Virus record (IMG/VR): IMGVR_UViG_3300045988_167643
Length of the DNA: 64,000 nucleotides
Strand: one strand, 5' to 3'
From: a virus
The stretch's first letter is position 1. The number at the start of each line of letters is the position of its first letter. The notes beneath the pieces are model-generated. The model was not told where the DNA came from, did not search any database, and worked only from the letters and a program-made list of their open reading frames with translations. This document shows positions 43,503 through 51,522 of this stretch, piece after piece. Both the position numbers and the translations under genes were made by a program.

Positions 43503-44406
43503 ATGGGATGGGGGAGAATGGAATGCAAATAGTTTTATAAGATATTCAACATCAAAGGGATTAGCGACAGATTCATTAGGGTTTGTTACTTCAAGTGTTT
43601 CTAATCAGGAAATGTTTAAGGCAAGATCTCTTGATCCAGTACTTGATCCAAAGAATGTTATTAGAGAATGTTGCGATTCAGAAGATCATCCAAACACATT
43701 ACCAGTTGTGATTGCACTTGATGTAACTGGATCTATGGGGCAAGCTGCAGTTGAGGTAGCAAAAAAACTTAATGGAATTATGACAAAACTTTATGAAAAA
43801 ATTGCAGATGTTGAATTTATGATTATGGGCATTGGAGATTTATCATATGATTATAATCCAATTCAAGCATCTCAATTTGAATCAGATATAAGGATTGCAG
43901 AGCAACTTGATAAAATTTACTTTGAATTTGGCGGTGGTGGAAATGGATTTGAGTCATATAGTGCTGCATGGTATTTTGGAACTCATCATAGTAAACTTGA
44001 TTGCTGGAATCGTGGTAAACGAGGAATTATTATTACAATCGGTGACGAGAGATTGAATCCTTATCTTCCAATCCGAAGTAGATGTTCTGGTTTAATTGCA
44101 ACACTTGGAGATAATTTAGAAAAAGATGTGGAAACTCCAGAGCTATTTGAAGAAGCTTCTAAGAAATTCGACATTTATCATATTCATGTAAATCATGGTA
44201 GTAACTATGACAAAGAAGGTATTGAAAAATCCTTTAAGTCTATTATTGAAGAAAATCATTTCAAAGAAGCGACTTTAGACAATATTGCAGAGACTATTGT
44301 AAATATTATTGTTGATGCAGCTGAGAACGATGTTAATACAATTATAACACCTGCGACAACACCTACTCAGGTAAGTACAAATGAGAATGGTGAAATTGTT
44401 TGGTAA
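43503..44406 (+). CDS. von Willebrand factor A (vWA) domain protein; 5' end interrupted by a +1 frameshift in a G5 run
   Basis: MIDAS motif VVIALDVTGSMG; the uninterrupted part starts at 43612 without an SD, while GAGGAGG+ATG at 43503 joins the same frame only by skipping 1 nt near 43510-43515. Confidence 0.65.
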
Positions 44407-44428
44407 AATAAAATAGGAGATAAAAACG

Positions 44429-45526
44429 ATGAAAGACATTAAGATTGTGGCTGGAGCAAACTGGGGAGACGAAGGAAAAGGACTAATGACTGATTACTTT
44501 TCACAGAAACCTAATAGTATTGTAGTATGTTCTAATGGTGGAAGTCAAAGAGGACATACTGTGGTAACACCGGACGGAATCAGACATGTCTTTCATCATT
44601 TTGGTTCTGGAACTTTTAATGGTGCTGCTACATATTTACCAAAAGAATTTATTGTAAATCCACTTATTTTTGCTCAAGAATATAAAGAACTGATAAATAA
44701 GAGAATTATTCCTAATATTTATGTTCATGGAGATTGTATGGTTTCGACTCCGTATGATATGATGGCAAACCAGGTCATCGAAGAGAGTCGTGGAAAACAA
44801 AAGCATGGTAGTTGTGGATTTGGAATTTTTGAAACCATTAAGAGATATAAAAATGGTATAACCGATTTTGATAAAGCAAAGGACTATTATCTTGAAAAAT
44901 TTGAACGAGATAAAATTCTACTATCAGACGACTGGAAAAGAATATTTAATGATCCAGGAATAAATGATCATTTTATAGAAGATTTGGATTTTATGAATGA
45001 TCACATTAAATCAATTAGAGATGAAAGCTTTCTAAATATGTTTGACCATATTATTTTTGAAGCTGCTCAAGGACTACTACTCGATCAGAATAATCTAAAA
45101 TATTTCCCATATCTTACACCATCTAATACAGGTCTGAAAAATCCTAAAAAAATTATTGAAAGAATTGATTGGTATGATGAATTAAATATAGAAGTATGTT
45201 ATGTGACACGTACATATTTAACGAGACATGGTGTCGGTCCGTTTCCAACAGAGTGTGATAAAGACGAAATTAATTCTGAAATGCACGATAATACAAATGT
45301 ACCTAATCCTCATCAGGATACTTTACGTTACGGAAAGTTAGATTTAAATGAGTTATATCAAAGAGTGATGGAAGATGTTGGAAATTTTAAATGTAAAAAA
45401 TCTATTGCCATTACACACTGTAATGAATTTAGAATGGATGAAGATAAGTTTGAGAAGTTATTTTTAGGATGGAATATTTATAAATCAGATGGTGAAACAC
45501 ATAATAGCATAAAGGAGACAAAATAA
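44429..45526 (+). CDS. divergent adenylosuccinate synthetase (PurA)-like protein
   Basis: NWGDEGKG P-loop, QRGHTV, FEAAQGLLLD, TRTYLTRHGVGPFPTE all present; only 365 aa, and the GxTTGRxRRxGW segment is replaced by NVPNPHQDTLRYGKL. Confidence 0.7.
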   Translation: MKDIKIVAGANWGDEGKGLMTDYFSQKPNSIVVCSNGGSQRGHTVVTPDGIRHVFHHFGSGTFNGAATYLPKEFIVNPLIFAQEYKELINKRIIPNIYVHGDCMVSTPYDMMANQVIEESRGKQKHGSCGFGIFETIKRYKNGITDFDKAKDYYLEKFERDKILLSDDWKRIFNDPGINDHFIEDLDFMNDHIKSIRDESFLNMFDHIIFEAAQGLLLDQNNLKYFPYLTPSNTGLKNPKKIIERIDWYDELNIEVCYVTRTYLTRHGVGPFPTECDKDEINSEMHDNTNVPNPHQDTLRYGKLDLNELYQRVMEDVGNFKCKKSIAITHCNEFRMDEDKFEKLFLGWNIYKSDGETHNSIKETK

Positions 45527-45528
45527 AA

Positions 45529-46092
45529 ATGAAAACCAAAAATTCAACCTGGAAAGTAGTATTAATCGTAATTGCAATTATTATTGCTGTCGCTCTTATG
45601 GCTGTATTTGGAGTCCAGAGTTACATGAATAGGGCAATCAGTATGGAAGAACAGGTATCAACCGCTAAGTCGGATGTAAATGTCCAGGAAAAAAGACGAG
45701 TGGATCTACTTGGAAATTTGGTTGATTGCGTAAAGAACTATGACAAACATGAATATGACACATTAAATGAAATTGTAGACGGTCGCTCATCTAATGATGA
45801 TAAGGCTGCAGAAATCAAAACTTCTATTAAGGCAGTATCTGAAGCATATCCGGAATTAAAATCCAACGAGAATTATAAACAGCTTATGAATGATCTGGCA
45901 ACAACCGAAAATCTGATTGCAAACTATAGGGAAAATTATAATAAACAGGTGAAAATTTATAATGCGTATGTGAGAAAATTTCCGCAGAGACTATTTCTTA
46001 ATTTCTTAGGTTACGAAGAACAGGATTATAAATTGTTAGACTTTGGTGACGACCTTCAGGACGCACCACAGGATTTGTTTGGAGAGGATTAA
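45529..46092 (+). CDS. lemA: LemA family membrane protein
   Basis: N-terminal TM then EEQVSTAKSDVNVQEKRRVDLLGNLV...ENLIANYRENYNKQVKIYNAYVRKFP, typical LemA. Confidence 0.75.
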   Translation: MKTKNSTWKVVLIVIAIIIAVALMAVFGVQSYMNRAISMEEQVSTAKSDVNVQEKRRVDLLGNLVDCVKNYDKHEYDTLNEIVDGRSSNDDKAAEIKTSIKAVSEAYPELKSNENYKQLMNDLATTENLIANYRENYNKQVKIYNAYVRKFPQRLFLNFLGYEEQDYKLLDFGDDLQDAPQDLFGED

Positions 46093-46095
46093 TTT

Positions 46096-46410
46096 ATGAA
46101 AAAGAAGCAAAAATGTGATAGGCATTTTTATGTGGCACTTGGTTGTGGTAAATATTATGCAGTAATAGAAGAAAATGATTGTCATAAAATTTACATAATT
46201 TTACCTTGCATATGTGAAAAATGTAAAGATTTTGAATTTGGATCTTTGAATCCAAGCATATTTCCTCACACACAAGAAGGCTACGAAAATTACAAAAATG
46301 CGATTCAAGTTCTTAAGGATTGTAAGTATAAACCATTTGAAGAATTTGAAAAGGAATGCCCTGAATATTACGAAAAAATTGTAGATAAATTGAGGATTGA
46401 AAATGAATAA
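46096..46410 (+). CDS. hypothetical Cys-rich protein
   Basis: 104-aa ORF, GGAGAGG SD. Confidence 0.55.
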   Translation: MKKKQKCDRHFYVALGCGKYYAVIEENDCHKIYIILPCICEKCKDFEFGSLNPSIFPHTQEGYENYKNAIQVLKDCKYKPFEEFEKECPEYYEKIVDKLRIENE

Positions 46411-47143
46411 CATAAAGTTTCGGAACTTTACGATTACTAAAAGAGAAATTCTTGTAAGTATTGTAATCGCAGCCTTAATGATTATGTTTGGCTTTCTGAT
46501 CAGCACAAAATGGTCAGAGAGCCAACAGGAATCTGATATTAAATATAACAAGGCAATTCAAATAGATAATGATACAGATCTGTTCCAATATGGAATGGAT
46601 ACAAATGTTGGTAATGCATTTGTTTATGGGGAGCTGAAAGCAGTAGATTCAGTTACATATCCGGAAATTGGTGGAGAATACATGTATGTTCGAAAAGTAG
46701 AAGAACATTATAATATGCATACTCGAACTGTTACGACTACTGACTCAAAAGGGAAAAAACATACAAGAACAGAAACATATTGGACCTGGGATTATGCCGG
46801 AGAAGAAGATAAAAGTTGTAAAACAATTAATTTTTGTGGAATTGATTTTGATAGCAGTAAAATTCCATTTCCTGGTAAAGACTACATTGATACATTGAGT
46901 GGCGGTTATCATATCAGATTTGAATATTACGGTGTTCCTGCAGTTAATAAAGGGACTATATTTACGGATCTAAGGGGAAAAACCATAAATAATACAAAGT
47001 ACTATAACAATATGGATTTAGAAGAAGCTTTTAGATATGCTACAACTCATTTTCCAATGTGGTTATTTTGGGTACTATGGATTATGTTGATAGGAGCTGC
47101 CGTGTTCGGGTTTTGTTATTTAGAAAATAAATGGTTGGAGTAA
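46403..47143 (+). CDS. hypothetical protein with N- and C-terminal transmembrane helices
   Basis: ATG 6 nt after GAGGA; ILVSIVIAALMIMFGFLI and MWLFWVLWIMLIGAAVFGFCYL. Confidence 0.6.
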   Translation: MNNIKFRNFTITKREILVSIVIAALMIMFGFLISTKWSESQQESDIKYNKAIQIDNDTDLFQYGMDTNVGNAFVYGELKAVDSVTYPEIGGEYMYVRKVEEHYNMHTRTVTTTDSKGKKHTRTETYWTWDYAGEEDKSCKTINFCGIDFDSSKIPFPGKDYIDTLSGGYHIRFEYYGVPAVNKGTIFTDLRGKTINNTKYYNNMDLEEAFRYATTHFPMWLFWVLWIMLIGAAVFGFCYLENKWLE

Positions 47144-47148
47144 AAAAT

Positions 47149-47499
47149 ATGGATAAAATTAATAACTTAGAATATAGAGGATTCCATGCAAAGCTTAATC
47201 ACGATTTAAATCAAGAAAAGATAACAGGATGTATTGCTGACATTGAGGATCTAGTAACATTTGAAGCCGAGCATAGCAGTGATATTGAGTTCGAATTTCA
47301 CAAAGCAGTAGATGATTACATGGCATTTTGTAAAGAAATTGGCAAAAAGAGAATTAAAAATTGTCCTGGTATTGCAATACAGTGTCGTGGAAAAATTGTA
47401 ATGGCAGAACCACATCCGAGGTTTAAAGGAGCTTGGAGATTTGAACTAAATGGTGAAACTTGGGTTTGTAGTAGTTGGGCGTTTGAAGAGGGTTATTGA
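47149..47499 (+). CDS. hicB: HicB-like antitoxin N-terminal domain protein
   Basis: YRGFHAKLNHDLNQEKITGCIADIEDLVTFEAEHSSDIEFEFHKAVDDYMAFCKEIGKK matches the HicB-like pattern (YkGy.g.v.....d..f.G.v.gi.d.i.feg.s..el...F..avDdYl..C...g). Confidence 0.65.
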   Translation: MDKINNLEYRGFHAKLNHDLNQEKITGCIADIEDLVTFEAEHSSDIEFEFHKAVDDYMAFCKEIGKKRIKNCPGIAIQCRGKIVMAEPHPRFKGAWRFELNGETWVCSSWAFEEGY

Positions 47500-47780
47500 T
47501 GGATATTTTTAATGATAAGAATGTATATGTTTACACAGAAAATGACACAGTGTTTATTCTTCCTAAAGGTCAAGATAAGCCAGTGAAAATTTGTTATGAA
47601 GATCCTAATAGACGAATTATTGCAAACAATGATGGCTCTATAACAATTGAAGATACAGTATCATTGGAATGGCTTACAAATCATATTGTCGATAAGGAAG
47701 ATTATGAAAAAATAGAAAATGCTTTAAAAGAAGCTATAAGTAAAACAAAGTTTACTGTGTATGAAGTACAAGTACGATAA
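47496..47780 (+). CDS. hypothetical protein
   Basis: 94-aa ORF, overlaps upstream stop. Confidence 0.6.
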   Translation: MMDIFNDKNVYVYTENDTVFILPKGQDKPVKICYEDPNRRIIANNDGSITIEDTVSLEWLTNHIVDKEDYEKIENALKEAISKTKFTVYEVQVR

Positions 47781-47840
47781 AAGATATGTTTTACGAAAGT
47801 GTATATACTTATGGTTAAATTACAAAATATGGGGGTAAAA

Positions 47841-48131
47841 ATGGGCTGTACAGATATCAGTTATAAAATTATGTGCCAACGCTTTGATAAGCTGATTTAT
47901 AGTCGAAAGGATATTGATTTATCGGCTGATATAAAAGAGTTGGAAAACAGAATTCAAAGTAAAGAACATACGCCGGAATATTATTTTAATGCCGGAGTGA
48001 TTGCCAGAGGATATTTAGACGAAATACATGAGAATGGTGATGCTGTTAATGCTTACATTGGTGGATTAAATCAATTCTGTTGGCTAATTGGTTTAGATAA
48101 TGAAGAGGATGATAATGATGAGAATAACTAA
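47841..48131 (+). CDS. hypothetical protein
   Basis: ATG after the GGGGGT purine run within track ORF 47799..48131. Confidence 0.55.
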   Translation: MGCTDISYKIMCQRFDKLIYSRKDIDLSADIKELENRIQSKEHTPEYYFNAGVIARGYLDEIHENGDAVNAYIGGLNQFCWLIGLDNEEDDNDENN

Positions 48132-48450
48132 ATTTCCAGATAAATGTGATCCAAATAAAATAATGATGGATACAATTATAAAAAGAAATAGTGTGTGTCC
48201 ATGCTGTGGAGAGAATAGACTTTGTACATTTAAAGACGAATTAAATGCAATAAAGGAAGGTAAAAAAGCATCTGGTGTCAGACAAATTTGTGGTGTTTCC
48301 CATAGAAGATTAGGATTTCAAAAGCCTTGGTATAAACATATTTTCCAAGGAGAGAAGTGGTGGAATTCATTAAGTTTTAAATGTGAAACTTGCGGAGCAG
48401 AATGGGAATCGGAAGAGTTTCCGGATATTGAATGTTGTATTGAGGAATAA
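48115..48450 (+). CDS. hypothetical zinc-ribbon protein
   Basis: CPCCGE...CETCG cysteine pairs; ATG after GAGGATG. Confidence 0.55.
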   Translation: MMRITKFPDKCDPNKIMMDTIIKRNSVCPCCGENRLCTFKDELNAIKEGKKASGVRQICGVSHRRLGFQKPWYKHIFQGEKWWNSLSFKCETCGAEWESEEFPDIECCIEE

Positions 48451-48451
48451 G

Positions 48452-48814
48452 ATGGATAAGATTATATATTTTGAACTAAATAATTGGATTCCTGGAATAT
48501 TCTATCCAGACGATGAACCGTTTAGATTATGGATGAAAAATGATTTACAAATCAAATTTGATGATGAGACTTGGGTAAAGAAAAGCAGATTATGTGTAGT
48601 TAGAGAATTAATTGATATGTCTTCAAATTATTGTATTACTGCTACACGAGAATGGGTCGTGAATAATTGTCCAAAACTGCTTACTGATTATGCAGAGTTT
48701 ATTAGATATAAAGAAGATGATGGTAAGGTATATGGACGGTTTGGGACGGAATTTAAAGAATACAGAGAAGAAAATATTGGTATATGGGATTTGGAGGAAA
48801 ACTATGAGCGATAA
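48452..48814 (+). CDS. hypothetical protein
   Basis: Track ORF 48383..48814 trimmed to the ATG after GAGGAA. Confidence 0.55.
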   Translation: MDKIIYFELNNWIPGIFYPDDEPFRLWMKNDLQIKFDDETWVKKSRLCVVRELIDMSSNYCITATREWVVNNCPKLLTDYAEFIRYKEDDGKVYGRFGTEFKEYREENIGIWDLEENYER

Positions 48815-49181
48815 AAATTTTTTGGTTGGAGATACTGTTTGGTTTTATATTAGAAAACACGATTTTATGTCTAAGGGAATTATAAAAGAAATATTTATTT
48901 TAGATGAAATTCCTTTTGCACTTATTAGAAATGGACATATGGAAACTAAAATGCCTATTTCTCAAATATTTCATGACGATCTTGAACTTATTGCTTGGAT
49001 TGAAAAAGAAGAGAAAGCAAATGTAAAACGCATAAAAGATAATATTCATGATGCGAAAGAGCTGGTTGAACTTATGTATTCTGTAATTGAAGACTGTGAA
49101 TTCATGCCAGTAGCAGATTTAAATGATAAGAAGATTGCTATTAAAGAAAGAGCAAAAGAAATTTTTGATGTAAAAATTTAA
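48804..49181 (+). CDS. hypothetical protein (KNFxVGDxVWF N-terminus)
   Basis: ATG after GGAGGA; N-terminus paralogous to the next ORF. Confidence 0.55.
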   Translation: MSDKNFLVGDTVWFYIRKHDFMSKGIIKEIFILDEIPFALIRNGHMETKMPISQIFHDDLELIAWIEKEEKANVKRIKDNIHDAKELVELMYSVIEDCEFMPVADLNDKKIAIKERAKEIFDVKI

Positions 49182-49193
49182 AGGACATTGATT

Positions 49194-49406
49194 ATGGATA
49201 GTAAAAATTTTAAAGTTGGCGATAAAGTTTGGTTTTGGGAGCGATGGCCAGAAAGACCTGTATTTGGTACTATTGAAAAAATTTATATTACTGGATCAAA
49301 ATTATGGGCCGAGTTAAATTATGATAATGGAAGACCTGCTGGACGATTTTTTGATTATTTATTTGAAACGAAAGAAGATTTATTGGAGTTTAAAAAAAAA
49401 GAATAA
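49194..49406 (+). CDS. hypothetical protein (KNFxVGDxVWF N-terminus)
   Basis: ATG 8 nt after AAAGGA. Confidence 0.55.
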   Translation: MDSKNFKVGDKVWFWERWPERPVFGTIEKIYITGSKLWAELNYDNGRPAGRFFDYLFETKEDLLEFKKKE

Positions 49407-49437
49407 AAGAAAAATTTGATTGGAGTGATTTCAAAGA

Positions 49438-49767
49438 ATGAAGAAGAAAATTTTAGCTGCGATTGTGGCCGGATTAATTTGTGTTTCTGCAGTTGGTTGT
49501 GATGATGGTAATACAACATATCAAGAAGCTACAAATACATTTGAAGATGATAATGAACTAGCACACATTGAAGGACATATTGAAGGTGATCTTTGTAATG
49601 GTTATTTTTCAAGATTGACTAAATGGAAAGACGAAGGCGCAACTTATTATATTGTTTATGCTAATGATACAAAAGTAAAATATTTTATGTATTTCGGTAT
49701 TAAGAGATTCGGTATCACTCCGCTTTACAACGCAGACGGAACATTGCAAATTTATGATGGAGAATAA
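49438..49767 (+). CDS. putative lipoprotein
   Basis: MKKKILAAIVAGLICVSAVGC signal peptide with a lipobox Cys. Confidence 0.7.
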   Translation: MKKKILAAIVAGLICVSAVGCDDGNTTYQEATNTFEDDNELAHIEGHIEGDLCNGYFSRLTKWKDEGATYYIVYANDTKVKYFMYFGIKRFGITPLYNADGTLQIYDGE

Positions 49768-49770
49768 ATT

Positions 49771-50094
49771 ATGGAACTAAAGAGAAGAAAAATACATGGT
49801 GAAGTGCGCAAAGCATGGACCTGTGAAATTACATGGTTCTTGGATCAAGTTGCTGGACTGGATGAACGTCTTCACTATATTGTAATAAACGACCTAATAT
49901 TGTTCGATGACGAAGACGAGGGTCCTGCAACATATTATATTAGAGTTCCTGGTGGAATAGTCGGAAGCATCTTTTTGGATGATGATCATAATATTAAAGA
50001 GATTTTTATTGATCCGAATGATGTGGTAGAAAGTTATCCGGCGAACATTAATAAGCAGGTGAAAAAATTTATTGGTGAAAGGATGATTGAATAA
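49771..50094 (+). CDS. hypothetical protein
   Basis: 107-aa ORF, GGAGA SD. Confidence 0.6.
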   Translation: MELKRRKIHGEVRKAWTCEITWFLDQVAGLDERLHYIVINDLILFDDEDEGPATYYIRVPGGIVGSIFLDDDHNIKEIFIDPNDVVESYPANINKQVKKFIGERMIE

Positions 50095-50676
50095 ATGGAA
50101 TTTAAACCAGGTAATATTGTAAAAATGATTGATACATATTGGCATGGATCGTTAAACGAATCAAGAGAAGATATTGGTAAGTTATTTGTAATAGAATATT
50201 CTTATGGAGAAAGATTCGGTAACGGAAAATGTTACGGAGGATATTCAATTCTTAGTATGGAAAACGGATCTAGTTCTTCGTGGTGGGATGATAGTCAATT
50301 AGAGTTTGTAGAAGATGGAAGTGTCAATCTTATATACGAATTAAAAAGGAAATATGAAGAGATTACTAACCAAACAAAAGACATTAAATGGATAAAAGAA
50401 CATTTTTCAGAAAGTTTACCTACAAATTCTATATTGACATTATTTCATAAAATTGGATACGAGTCAGCATTTGAACGGAATGGCGAATTCTGTTGTTTAA
50501 CCCTGGATTGGTTATCTTTTTATTCTGTATTTTTTTTATTATTTAACAAAGAATTTGATTTAATGATAAAAATTCTTAAAACTGGAACAAATGAGAAATA
50601 TATAGATAAATATTTAAGAAATTTTACTGCCTTATATAATGAAATTCATGGCACAGATAAAAAGGTTGATGAGTAA
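50095..50676 (+). CDS. hypothetical protein
   Basis: 193-aa ORF abutting the upstream stop. Confidence 0.6.
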   Translation: MEFKPGNIVKMIDTYWHGSLNESREDIGKLFVIEYSYGERFGNGKCYGGYSILSMENGSSSSWWDDSQLEFVEDGSVNLIYELKRKYEEITNQTKDIKWIKEHFSESLPTNSILTLFHKIGYESAFERNGEFCCLTLDWLSFYSVFFLLFNKEFDLMIKILKTGTNEKYIDKYLRNFTALYNEIHGTDKKVDE

Positions 50677-50908
50677 ATGGAGCTGTTAAAATGTCCCTTT
50701 TGTGGGAGCGATAAACTAAAAGTTGGACACAAAACAAAATTCAAAGATCCATGGAAGAAAATTGTAAGGATGATTTTTTATGTAATGTGTAATAGATGCC
50801 ACAAAAGGAAGTACGATTACAAAAGATATTTCGTATAGTGATGAGACTATAGAAATTTCCAAAGCAAAGAATGAAGCTATTGAAAAATGGAATATGAGGG
50901 CAGAATAA
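50677..50908 (+). pseudogene. lar: Lar-like restriction-alleviation protein, split by a +1 frameshift at an A4 run
   Basis: MELLKCPFCGS...YVMCNRCHK (frame 1, stop 50836-38), then the +1 frame gives ...SKAKNEAIEKWNMRAE (stop 50906-08). Together this matches the Lar pattern CPFCG...C..C...eAi..WN.R. Confidence 0.55.
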
Positions 50909-50931
50909 AAACGATATTTTAAGGAGATCTT

Positions 50932-51141
50932 ATGAAAGAAATTAGAAGTTTTTTATGTGATAAGAGACCGGATTTGTTTGACTATATTGCATCCAGGGAT
51001 ATTGCACAAAAAGACAATTGTGTTATATGTCTTCAATGGATTGTCCCATATTCTGGTACATATAGTGAAGTGATTTATGGTAATGAAAGTGATGAAGACT
51101 TAGAAGCAATGGACAAGAAACACTATGTATATCCAGTGTAA
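50932..51141 (+). CDS. hypothetical protein
   Basis: 69-aa ORF, AAGGAG SD. Confidence 0.6.
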   Translation: MKEIRSFLCDKRPDLFDYIASRDIAQKDNCVICLQWIVPYSGTYSEVIYGNESDEDLEAMDKKHYVYPV

Positions 51142-51157
51142 GAAGGGAGAAAATAAT

Positions 51158-51460
51158 ATGCCAGTAAGCAGTGATAAATATTATAAACCTGAAGAAGCTC
51201 TACAGGATCTACAGGTACAGGAAACGATTTTAAATGTGGCAATAGACGTACAGGTGTTACTTAGAATTTTAGTTGATAAAGAAATTATCACTAGAGATGA
51301 AGTAGCAGAATATAGAGAAGAAGTTAGAAATTCACCCAAGTACAAAGTGGTAGCAGATGATATTCAAAGACAAAAAACTGGGTTTCAGGCTGCTAAAGAT
51401 AATCCACAGGAATATCTGAAAGCAATACTTAAAGCTAAAATGGATGGAAAAATTAATTAA
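51158..51460 (+). CDS. hypothetical protein
   Basis: Track ORF 51125..51460 trimmed to the ATG after AGGGAG. Confidence 0.6.
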   Translation: MPVSSDKYYKPEEALQDLQVQETILNVAIDVQVLLRILVDKEIITRDEVAEYREEVRNSPKYKVVADDIQRQKTGFQAAKDNPQEYLKAILKAKMDGKIN

Positions 51461-51522
51461 GAAAGGATAAGTTCGAGTCCCATGGGTTAAAATGCGCGCA
51501 GCTCTTACGATGGTAAGATAGG

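Noticed and set aside
51461-51522. tRNA-like T-loop string GTTCGAGTCC upstream of the Pnkp gene (possible tRNA or att remnant)
   Set aside because: The flanking bases do not form a T-stem or acceptor stem, and no cloverleaf can be drawn in the surrounding 100 nt.
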